Made by a program: the position numbers and the translations under genes. The notes beneath the pieces were generated by a model that ran no database searches, was not told where the DNA came from, and saw nothing but the letters and a program-made list of their open reading frames with translations. A stretch of DNA of 64,000 nucleotides. Origin: Macrostomum lignano (Eukaryota). Of this stretch, positions 50,590 to 61,740 are shown piece by piece. The stretch's first letter is position 1. Each line of letters opens with the position of its first letter. The DNA is taken from positions 1 to 64,000 of the forward strand of contig NIVC01000722.1 in the NCBI GenBank assembly GCA_002269645.1, in the 5' to 3' direction.

Positions 50590-51392
50590 AGCCTCGCCAA
50601 TCTTCATGAAACCTTTGCCAATCTTCATGAAACCTTTGTCAATCTTCATGAAACCTTTGCCAATCTTCATGAAACCTTTGTCAATCTTCATGAAACCTTT
50701 GCCAATCTTCATGAAACCTTTGCCAATCTTCATGAAACCTTTGTCAATCTTCATGAAACCTTTGCGAATCTTCATGAAACCTTTGCCAATCTTCATGAAA
50801 CCTTTGCGAATCTTCATGAAACCTTTGCGAATCTTCATGAAACCTTTGCCAATCTTCATGAAACCTTTGCGAATCTTCATGAAACCTTTGCGAATCTTCA
50901 TGAAACCTTTGTCAATCTTCATGAAACCCTCGCCAATCTTCATGAAACCTTTGCAAATCTTCATGAAACCTTTGCCAATCTTCATGAAACCTTTGCGAAT
51001 CTTCATGAAACCTTTGTCAATCTTCATGAAACCTTTGTCAATCTTCATGAAACCTTTGTCAATCTTCATGAAACCTTTGTCAATCTTCATGAAACCCTCG
51101 CCAATCTTCATGAAACCCTCGCCAATCTTCATGAAACCTTTGCAAATCTTCATGAAACCTTTGCCAATCTTCATGAAACCTTTGCGAATCTTCATGAAAC
51201 CTTTGCGAATCTTCATGAAACCTTTGTCAATCTTCATGAAACCTTTGTCAATCTTCATGAAACCTTTGTCAATCTTCATGAAACCCTCGCCAATCTTCAT
51301 GAAACCTTTGCGAATCTTCATGAAACCCTCGCCAATCTTCATGAAACCCTCGCCAATCTTCATGAAACCCTCGCCAATCTTCACGAAACCCT
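50590..51392. repeat. 21-bp minisatellite, ~38 copies
   Basis: Unit AATCTTCATGAAACCTTTGCC with GTC/GCG/GCA and CTC variants. Confidence 0.95.
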
Positions 51393-51539
51393 CAAATCTT
51401 ATTAAAATATTCGGAACGCAAGCTAATGCAATGGAACTGTTTTATGGGTTTAGTAGCTGCATCTAAATGTCCTTAACGAACGCTCCTGTTCTCAAAGCAT
51501 GCTAGATCGAGCTTCCGACTGCCCTTGAACAGCGCTGGG

Positions 51540-53198
51540 CTAGACTTCCATCTCGGCCCGGGACACGCGATCCTCGTGCCCCAGCGTGAGTCGGACTCGC
51601 TGCCTCTCGGCTGTGGCCGCCCGACTCGACTGCTGATCGAAGTCGATCTGCACCAGCAGAGTCTGCAGGCCATAGACAGCGATCAGGGCCAGGGCGATCA
51701 TTGCCGCCAGGGTCATCAGCGGCAGGGCCGCGATTATTATTGACACTGAGGGTTTCAGTATAGGATATTTGGAGCTATTCGCATTTTCTGCAGGTCATGG
51801 ACTCCTGCCTAACAGGTGGCAGGTTCTATTCTAGAGGTCATGGACTCCTGCCTAACAGGTGGCAGGTTCTATTCTGCAGGTCATGGACTCCTGCCTAACA
51901 GGTGGCAGGTTCTATTCTGCAGGTCATGGACTCCTGCCTAACAGGTGGCAGGTTCTATTCTGCAGGTCATGGACTCCTGCCTAACAGGTGGCAGGTTCTA
52001 TTCTGCAGGTCATGGACTCCTGCCTAACAGGTGGCAGGTTCTATTCTGCAGGTCATGGACTCCTGCCTAACAGGTGGCAGGTTCTATTCTGCAGGTCATG
52101 GACTCCTGCCTAACAGGTGGCAGGTTCTATTCTGCAGGTCATGGACTCCTGCCTAACAGGTGGCAGGTTCTATTCTGCAGGTCATGGACTCCTGCCTAAC
52201 AGGTGGCAGGTTCTATTCTGCAGGTCATGGACTCCTGCCTAACAGGTGGCAGGCTCTATTCTAGAGGTCATGGACTCCTGTCTAACAGGTGGCAGGTTCT
52301 ATTCTAGAGGTCATGGACTCCTGTCTAACAGGTGGCAGGTTCTATTCTAGAGGTCATGGACTCCTGTCTAACAGGTGGCAGGCTCTATTCTAGAGGTCAT
52401 GGACTCCTGTCTAACAGGTGGCAGGCTCTATTCTAGAGGTCATGGACTCCTGTCTAACAGGTGGCAGGCTCTATTCTAGAGGTCATGGACTCCTGTCTAA
52501 CAGGTGGCAGGTTCTATTCTAGAGGTCATGGACTCCTGTCTAACAGGTGGCAGGTTCTATTCCAGAGGTCATGGACTCCTGTCTAACAGGTGGTAGGTTC
52601 TATTCTGCAGGTCATGGACTCCTGTCTAACAGGTGGAAGGTTCTATTCTAGAGGTCATGGACTCCTGTCTAACAGGTGGAAGGTTCTATTCTAGAGGTCA
52701 TGGACTCCTGTCTAACAGGTGGCAGGTTCTATTCTAGAGGTCATGGACTCCTGTCTAACAAGTGGCAGGTTCTATTCTAGAGGTCATGGACTCCTGTCTA
52801 ACAGGTGGCAGGTTCTATTCTAGAGGTCATGGACTCCTGTCTAACAGGTGGCAGGTTCTATTCTAGAGGTCATGGACTCCTGTCTAACAAGTGGCAGGTT
52901 CTATTCTAGAGGTCATGGACTCCTGTCTAACAGGTGGAAGGTTCTATTCTAGAGGTCATGGACTCCTGTCTAACAGGTGGTAGGTTCTATTCTGCAGGTC
53001 ATGGACTCCTGTCTAACAGGTGGAAGGTTCTATTCTAGAGGTCATGGACTCCTGTCTAACAGGTGGAAGGTTCTATTCTAGAGGTCATGGACTCCTGTCT
53101 AACATGTGGATGCTTTATCTCCAATGGCGGTAAAATTCAGACACACCAAGCTAATTTTTAAATAAATTTGAGTCAGCCTTACCAAAAAATGATGCCAT
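51540..53198 (-). CDS. Small membrane protein, unknown family; terminal exon 51745-51540, candidate upstream exon ending 53183 (ATG 53198 gives 73 aa)
   Basis: The terminal exon has a CCCTCAG acceptor, strongly GC3-biased codons and a long hydrophobic stretch. A phase-1 donor G|GTAAGG at 53182 matches its phase, giving MASFFVSIIIAALPLMTLAAMIALALIAVYGLQ... Further upstream exons are possible. Confidence 0.55.
51788..53105. repeat. 43-bp minisatellite, ~30 copies, polar variant distribution
   Basis: CTGCAGGTCATGGACTCCTGCCTAACAGGTGGCAGGTTCTATT. Copies after ~52260 mostly carry CTAGAG and GTCTAAC. Confidence 0.95.
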
Positions 53199-54672
53199 TG
53201 AAGCCGCGAGACCAATTGCTGCTAAATTACCGAACAGAATTTGCACCCAAGCATGGTTATACAGTTAGCGATTCCACCAGCTCATAGTAGGGCCATCTGC
53301 AACTATGCAGCTAAGTAATGTTTCACCATTCAGGATTAGTAAGTACTAAAAATAATATATCATCTTTCAGTTTTTAAGAAGACCTAAGCATTCAATTTAA
53401 TACACGGCCAAACATATTCAACCCATGCTTCGGCGACTGTCTATGGCCAAAACCGTGAATGGGGAGAGCATTGAATTCAAGACATCGAGCAGTAAAATTT
53501 AGACTTGAGAAATTTTTTAAACAATAGACAGACGAATTGTGTATTTTGTGACGCAGAAAGCGAAAAAGTGATAGAGTGAATTAGCATTCTGTGTTGCACA
53601 TAGCGAACAAGTCGAAACTAAAACTGTTAAGAAACTGTCAGACCGCATTTGTGCTCAATCAGATGTTTTCACGGGCGGGCCAACAGAGAGGCAGGAAGCG
53701 CAGTGTGTGAGCAAATCGTGATGACATTCAAGCCTGACTCCGCAATTCTCTGCAGTGTACCATGGAACGCCAATCCTGTTATATTTATTTGGTCTGATGG
53801 GCTCCCAGCTCCATTTACAAGCCATATGAGTATGACTTGTGTTAATTTAACTGTTCTCTGTGTCTTAAACACAATGTCAGTGTCTTTACCCGTCCCTGGT
53901 TACCCGTCCCTGTGCCATAGACCAGACGGTGTTTTGACCATAGACGAAAGTAAAAGTATTGGTTGAATATGATTGCCATTGTCCTAAAATGAATGCTTGA
54001 ATTCCAAAATAAAATCATCAACGGATCATAATTGGGTCTCCATGTCTGCTAGGGCCGTAGACTAAGGCATCACTCTAATTTAAGCTTCTAGGCTGGCCAT
54101 AAAAGCCAATGTGAGAAGCTTTGCAACTCGCTAAAGCGCGAAAATCGACTACTGAACTCAATTTTGCCAGTAGTCTCTGGAGTGCATGCATTATTCTTAG
54201 TTTGTTAGTCCCAATTTCTCGATTGCCGAAATAAAGTGGCCTATCTAGGGAGCATAAGATCTATGGCTGCTATTGCTATTCGCATGAAAGCTATATTTTG
54301 ATGTAAAAAATACGTTTCAGTTCTTAAAACAATGCCAAAAAATTCAACAAAAGGATAAGAAGGTGCTTACAAAGTACTAGAATACGATGTCGATGGCTGT
54401 TATTCATTAATTTTGCTATTATTTATTAGTAAAGTCGAAGTGCAATAAATAAGACAGTACTAGAATTATTAATAACTAGGCCGGAGTACACAGAACATGC
54501 AAATTACTATTCGGTGCGAGTCTACGGTATTTATAAGTGAAGTAAAAATAGGATTGCTGATTTTGCTGTGCATTCAATTGCATTTAGTTGACAGTTGATT
54601 AAATTGATAAAAACCACAGAGTCAAGCAGTAAAAGCCAAAGTGCAAATGTGGTAAACCCTGCAGCAAGTACA

Positions 54673-55488
54673 TTAGGTCCTTTTGGCCGCCGGTTTTCGC
54701 TTTTTCGGCGACGCGACCGGACGTTGTTGATCGGTTTTGGAAGCTCGAGCTACGCGCTTAGCAACTGGACGAGCAGCTTCCTCTTCTTCATCTTCATCTT
54801 CATCTTCATCTTCATCATCTTCCTCGTTCAAGTCAACAGACCCATCGACGGATTCTTCGTCAATTTCATCGGCGTCATCGTCGCAGTCGGCCTCGCCGTC
54901 GTCGTCGGGGTCGTGCACGCGCACCTGGTGCAGGCCGGTGAGCCACACGGGACCGGCGCCCTCTGCCAGCTCGAAGGTCACCTCGTTCTGGCTGTCCAGC
55001 ACGAACTCGTAGCCGAGGCTGACCGTCCGCTGACTGTCCGGATCGATGCACACTATCGGACAGGTGTCCGGCTCGTCCTGTCCGTAGCACTTGGTGCGCA
55101 CGGCGATCAGGTGGACGCCGGCGACTTTGGGACCCAGGATGCAGGCGTTCACCTTCAGCACGTGCTGCATGAAGTCGGCGTCGGCGACGGCCTCGCCGTT
55201 GCTGTGATGACCATTTTGATCGGCGCCTTTGGTCTGCTCTTCGCCTTTGCCTTCGGCTTCCTTCGCCTTTTCACCGTCGCTGCCATTTCGCTCGTCGTGC
55301 TGACCAACTTGACGCTTTGGACGGTCGTCCTTGCCGTTTGCGGATAATGTCGTCGCTCTCTCCGGCTCCCAGCGATACTTGGGATTGGCCTCGGCCAGCT
55401 GGCAGCTCCAGAAGTGAAACGACATCTGCTGCTGCGATTGAATGTCCCGCTGAGTATCGGCGCCAAACTGAACGTCTACCAATGACAT
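54673..55488 (-). CDS. Nucleoplasmin-like acidic histone chaperone, copy 2, intronless, 271 aa (first ATG at 55488)
   Basis: Same NPL core as copy 1, an acidic DEDE tract and a basic tail SPKKRK. Minus-strand TATAAA at 55602..55597. Confidence 0.85.
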   Translation of the reverse strand: MSLVDVQFGADTQRDIQSQQQMSFHFWSCQLAEANPKYRWEPERATTLSANGKDDRPKRQVGQHDERNGSDGEKAKEAEGKGEEQTKGADQNGHHSNGEAVADADFMQHVLKVNACILGPKVAGVHLIAVRTKCYGQDEPDTCPIVCIDPDSQRTVSLGYEFVLDSQNEVTFELAEGAGPVWLTGLHQVRVHDPDDDGEADCDDDADEIDEESVDGSVDLNEEDDEDEDEDEDEEEEAARPVAKRVARASKTDQQRPVASPKKRKPAAKRT

Positions 55489-56727
55489 TGTCCAATGTTT
55501 CACTTATAGCAGCTAAGGACTTTGTTAGAAATTCTCCGAGAGTCAAGCTGAATCTGGCGCGTAAGTGAAGAGAAAGTTAAGAAGAAAGCTGAATCTTTTA
55601 TACATGTGGGTTGGGAGGGTTTGGCCCAATGATAGTGACACAGTGCGTGTATCAGATGATTATTGTGACGCAACAGGGCCCAGAAGTTAGGAGGTGGGTT
55701 GGGGTGGTTGGTTCTGAGCTATAGGCTGGGACCCTATAAAGCTGCATGTTGCAAGCTGATGAGTTGCAGTCATCACTTTTATGGCTATAAGTTTGTACAT
55801 CTTCAGTGGAAAAGCTATTTTTCAATTGAACTCACGATGGAAATGAAGTCTGACATTGATTTTTAATAAAGTCTGTGGCCTGGACCAGCCTGGACCATCA
55901 GTTGTCGTTTGATCCACGTCCATTTAGCACACACAGATCAGCGCGTGTACGTGCTTGGCGGCGGCATGAAAGTCAGTGCACTCTAGCTATACCACCTGAG
56001 TGAATGCGTGCCTGCCTATGCAAGTCCGAGAACGGAATTCGTATCTGATCGTTGGTGAGTGTGCTTAAAGCTCATTCACACTGCCATCAAATCACAGGAA
56101 AACAAAGGAATCAAATTTAGTGTTACAAAAAGTTGTGGGATCAAACGAAATTTAGCGTTGCGAACTCAAGGGAATCGAAATGACCAGTCAGTTGGCTGGC
56201 TGAAAAGCGCAAGCCAGAGCTGTCACACTCTCTCAGTGACAGGTTGAATGGCGGTCGGTGGCACTGTCGCCGGTCAAAAAGGGACCAACGAGCAGGAAGC
56301 AGCGACAAACATTGCGCGGACACATCACCGCAACCAAGGTGGAATTAGGCCAACGGCGGTTATCGAGAAAGATGGAACGCACGTGACTATAGAAACTGGC
56401 GCAGGCCAATGACGCGGATGACACACTTAACTGGCAACATGGCAATGGGTTCCCTTGAAAGAGACACCATTAACCCCCTCCCTCCGTTACTCTTGTTTAC
56501 AATGGTTTCGTTTTAAACCTTCAAAAGTCTTCAGCGTTTTGCTGGATGAATAGCTACATGTATTCGTACTCGTACATCGACAGTTCGTACTGGAGTTGTG
56601 CCATAGACAATAGCACAGGGGCACAAACGCGCGAATTCTGACCAACGTGTGGCCTGAAAAATCGAAGGACAACGATTTGTAAATATATGATTTCTTAATA
56701 GAAGAATAGGAACAAGAAATAAAAACA

Positions 56728-57172
56728 GGTGACCGGACATTTTGTCAACCGGCATTTTGTCAACCGGCATTTCGTCAACCAGACATTACGAAAGATGTAA
56801 TTGTAGCTGAATATATAGCTGCACCAGCCAGAGAATGTGAGAAGTAGTAACGCGATTTCAAAATTGTTTAACACTTCTTCTTGGAAGTAGATTTTCGTGA
56901 GGAATTTTCGTAAATTCCTCAATGGTGTCGCAATACTCGTACCATGGTACCTGAAACACCATGCACATGGTTTCAATATATTTTCTATGATGAAAAAACT
57001 CTTAAAACTTAAAACTTTAACTTAAATATGTTAACCTTAACGGCTAACATGACGGACGAATATTTTTGGCTTGAACCAAATGTCCGGTTGCTGTAATGTC
57101 TGGTTGACAAAATACCATGCAGTTAACGAAATGCCGGTTGACGAAATGCCGGTTGACAAATGTCCTGGAACC
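56728..57172. mobile_element. Non-autonomous DNA transposon, GG...CC termini with subterminal ATTT(C/T)GTCAAC repeats
   Basis: Left end GGTGACCGGACATTTTGTCAACCGGCATTT; reverse complement of the right end GGTTCCAGGACATTTGTCAACCGGCATTT. No TSD is visible. Confidence 0.65.
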
Positions 57173-58765
57173 AAAGAAAAAGTTTTCGTTTCTCAGAAAA
57201 TGGAGGTTATAGGCTTTACGGAAAATTTATAGACAAAAAGCTATAAATTAAAGACAGGCAGATTATGCTTGTCTTTATTATGACTACGTAGCTCGTAAAT
57301 TTTTATTACTTCAATTGATAGCAAAGCAATTAGCTTTTCTGCTAAGCTTTTTTGCGAAAATCTTATACTGTGTTTTACCTACATATAGACAAATACCTAC
57401 ACCCAACACGAGTGACCTACGAGCACAACTGAGGCGTTGTCAAATATTTTTAGAAAAATAAACTAAAACTAGCGATTATGGATTTGCTTATCATTGTCTA
57501 CTATTTAGGTTTGTAACCCGTATCGAGGAATATTAGGTCCTTCTTAGAAAATCCATAATCCAAAGGCACCAAAGTGCACATTGGTGAATTTAAAATAATT
57601 TTAAATGTACAACACAGCCGTATTTTATTAACTAGCAGGCGGTGTAGCGTAGCTGTATAAGATTTTGGAATTTGGGGAGCTCAGGGTGGTTGTTGTTAGG
57701 ACATTAGAATGTCAACAAAAGAGCCTCATTTAAAAAATCAATGCGAAAAATACAAAATTCGCCGTATGTCTTAGATACTCTACTTTAGCTAGCCTAGGTA
57801 CTATTATTCATTCCGTCGTCTGCCGGAGTATTGTATTAAAATATTTAAATTACGAGCTATAGTTTTTCAGCCTTTTAGCTAAATACTTTACCATTATTTA
57901 CATTTTAAAATGTTTTTAAAAGCGATTTAGGCAAAGTATGCAAATTAAGCGAGGTGTAAGATTTCTTGTTTGCAACATATGTTTATCTGCGTTAGAAAAC
58001 CTGTTTTTTTAAAACAATGATTTAATCACCTGATCGAAGTCGACAAATTATGAAGAATGTAAATTTTATTAAGGTATCAGGCGTATAGCTGACTTGCCTT
58101 TCAGCCTAGCTAAAAATTTACTTACTGTACGTTTTAATCACTAAAATGTTTAGTGATAATTTCATCGGACAATGATAATGCATCTGATAATGTCAGATGC
58201 AGGACACTTCGTCAGAATACACATTTGTTAGGTTTTTGTCCAGACATTTTTGTCCGACTAAGGAGTGATACATTTCTTCCAAGGAACAATTTTTCGAAAA
58301 TTTCGAAGATGGGCTAAGTAACTACAGTCTAAAACAATCAATGTATAAAAGCGAGACTTAAAATTTAAATTTCAACTTGCAGGTTGTAAAAGGCCTGTAA
58401 TATAGACATTAATACTAGGCCTAATAGCCTAGGCCTGTGACCTATAACTGCTAGGCCCGCCCTTCTTATGTAAATTTAATTATTATCAACCATTGATTTA
58501 GGACTTTGGGTATCCATCAAAAGGTATAAGGTCATCTATTAAAATCTTTCTTATAGACTTACAATGTAAGCATTATATAACATAGGTCATTATATAACAT
58601 AATTTAAATAAAATTGATATAGGCCTATCTACCTCTACTACTTGTTTTTTGTATGTTGTCATCAATAGGCCTATTGAGACTAGTCCTAAAAGCTAGTCCT
58701 ATAAATTATTGTCATAGGGGCCTAATTTTGTTTGGTAAAAAGGCTTTATAATACTAGAATTTTAT

Positions 58766-59890
58766 GGATCCTAGTCATTTTGTCAACTGCCATTTCGTCA
58801 ACTGGACACATCGTCAACCCGTTCCCCATATTGGTCGTTTCGTCAACCAACCAATAGGATACTTTCAAAGCTTGGTTATTTCGTCAACTGTTCAATGGGA
58901 CAATGTCAACTTTTGGTCACTTCGTCAACTGCCAATAATACACGCCCCGCATGCAGCCCTCCTCCTTTCTCATTCTGGGCTTGGGACCAGACAATGGTGG
59001 AGTTACTGCCACAAAGATACAGTTTGTATGGTAAAAAAGGAAAATGCAAGTTGCACAAAATCACAAACATGGTTCAAGTTACAGAGACAGGGCACGTTGT
59101 CAGTTTGGGGGTGGGTGCGAAGATGGATTGAGAGAACAGGTGTCAGCGCAAGGGGCCCTGGTTCAAGTTACAGAGGGCCTTTTCATATTGCTTGTTCTGG
59201 TTCTAGAACCAGAACCAATTCGTGAAGTATAACTTTTTGTCTCCATAACTAGAGGAAGATATGTGCTATAAAGTTTTTATTATTGAATGACAATCGCCAA
59301 GAAGAAAGTGAAAATTGTGCTAAGTGGGGTTGTTAAGGCAGTCAAACATTCAACAGAATTAAATAGTTATACTGCTGTTTTTCTTGGAAGATCCGAACCG
59401 ATTCTGATTCTGGAATCGGTAATATGAAAAGCCTCAGAGATAGGGCACATTGTCAGTTTGGGGGTGGGTGCGAAGATGCATTGAGAGAAGTCAGTTGGTT
59501 CATCGGTGGTTCTTTTTGTGGTGAATTCAGAAGTTGTCGAAGAAGAAGGTGGAAAGCATGAAAGATTGATCTTGCCTTTGTAGTGGCATGCTTGCTGCAT
59601 ATGTATACAAATTAATAGAGAACATTCCGGGAAATCTGGGAGTTTCTGGAATAATACCCGATAATAACAAAGGTAATAAGTGGATATATGACATGCGTTA
59701 GTTGATGTACATAGGTTATTTGCAAACTGTAGACGAAGTAACTAACATTCTCAGGTTATTTCGTCAACTGACTAATGAACCAATCTAAAACCTTGGTCGT
59801 TTCGTCAACTGCAAGTGAGACCACCTTAAAATGTTAGTCAATTCGTTAACCCAGTTGACAAACTAGCAGTTGACAAAATTACCAGCACCC
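58766..59890. mobile_element. Non-autonomous DNA transposon (MULE- or hAT-like), ~40-bp imperfect TIRs, 8-bp TSD
   Basis: Left GGATCCTAGTCATTTTGTCAACTGCCATTTCGTCAACTGG versus right reverse complement GGGTGCTGGTAATTTTGTCAACTGCTAGTTTGTCAACTGG. Perfect AATTTTAT at 58758-58765 and 59891-59898. Internal ~48-bp duplication near 59090 and 59442. Confidence 0.75.
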
Positions 59891-61379
59891 AATTTTATAA
59901 TGCCAAAAATAGCTTATTTTATTAGACAAATTTATAATATAAGAGTAATTATTACCAAGTTTTTTTATATGGTCATTCTTTCAAGATTCTTAGACAAGTC
60001 ATTATGCACTTGTGCCTACTTGTCAAATTCATATAGGCTTATACACCAAAAATGGGCTTATTTGTATACTCTTAAACTAAGGTGTATATATGCTTATATA
60101 CATTTGTATGCTTCTAAGTTATCCTATTTTTTCCCTTCCCCAAGCAAGAATTCTATCTTAGTCATTATTGGCTTAATCTTATTAAATTTTCTAAGATATA
60201 AAAATTTTTATTTTATAAAAAGCTATAGACATAAATAATGAGTTTTCTATTAGCAATCTATCCCTTTCTATTAGGAAGGCAAGGAAAAAAGCAGTTAATT
60301 TGTAAATAATCTAAGGTTTAAACCTTTATTGTTAATTAAAGCATTAGTGCACTAGTTCTAAAAGCCTAACCTTCTAACTAGTAGGGAATCTAGAGTTTCA
60401 TTTTAAAAGGGGTGGTCCAAGTTTAAGGTGCCAATACAAGTATAAGGGGCACTAATTTTTAACTTAGGGGTACAAAAATGCATATAGAAAGCAAAAAATC
60501 AAGCTCAAAAGCACAAAAAATGCATGTATTGGATTAAAAGTCAAGCTTAAACATGCAAAAAGGTGTTTGGGGGCAAAAAATCTAGTTTAAAGGGTGCAAA
60601 CTTAGGTTTTTAGAGGGTGCAATATATTTTATTGAGCTATTTTGAGGGGATAGCTGCTTTCCCCTATCTGCCCCCTCCTTAAATCTGCCCTTGCTTCTAA
60701 CCTAAGATATTTGACTTCAGTACTTACTATAAGCTTTGATATCTATTAAAGCTTCACTTTAAATCATAGTTTAACAGTTATTTTATTTCTTTCCCATTAA
60801 TAAAGACAACAAAGAAATGAAAAAAAAATCCCTAAGATCCCCTAGGAAATTTGGTTCAAAGCAAGCAATTCTAAGGCAACTCTAATGACTCTTTGGCAAA
60901 TATTTAATAACTCTAAGGCTGTAAAGTCGTTAAAAGTGTGCTTAAGTTGCAAATCCAATTTAAAGACACAATTTTATAAGAACCAATTTTTCCTTTGGTT
61001 CTATAAATCCCCTTATTCAAAATAAAATTGACACTAACAAAGATGTTTTCTATAAATCTCTTTTCTAAAAGTAATACAAGGACATAACAAAAAAGCTTTT
61101 ATAAGATAGTAGACATTCCCTTTAAATATAAAGCATCTCCTTAGATAGCAAGCATCACTAAATAGAAAGAATTCCTAGATCAATGGTATGTATAGGATTT
61201 TCCATTAGGGGGAAAGTGCAAACAGACTAGGAGTATTATCTGTACCAACAAGTTACAACAATAAAGGACCTTTTTGGTATTCTCTCTGGCTAGTTGCCTC
61301 TGGCAAAACCTCTATCAATCCCCTTCCAGCAATTAGGGAAGCCATGGCCTTTTGGCCCTCTTCTATATATGCTATTGCC

Positions 61380-61740
61380 CTAGATAGCTAGCACCCCTAC
61401 CAGATAGCAAGTGTATCTCCCAAGAGCAAGCAACACTAAATAGCAAGCACTCCCAATAGCAAGCAGCCCTAGAAAGTAAGATCTTTTATATAGCAAGCAT
61501 CTTCCAAATAGCAAGCATCTCTCCTAACAGCAAGTATCCCTAGAAAGTAAGCATCTCCCAATAGCAAGCAACCTTTAGCAGCATACCCTCCAAAATAGTA
61601 AGTATCCCCTCAATAGCAAGCATCTTCCCAATAGCAAGTATGAGTATCTCTAGATAGCAAACATCCCCTAATAATAAGCATCCCTAAATAGCAAGCATCC
61701 CTAAAAAGCAAACACTCCTTATATAACAAGCATCTTCCCA
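61380..61740. repeat. Old, highly diverged ~17-20-bp minisatellite
   Basis: Recurring AATAGCAAGCATC(T/C)CC with many substitutions. Confidence 0.75.

Noticed and set aside
53649-53966. ORFs upstream of the membrane-protein gene as additional exons
   Set aside because: No convincing splice pair or codon bias could be established by eye.
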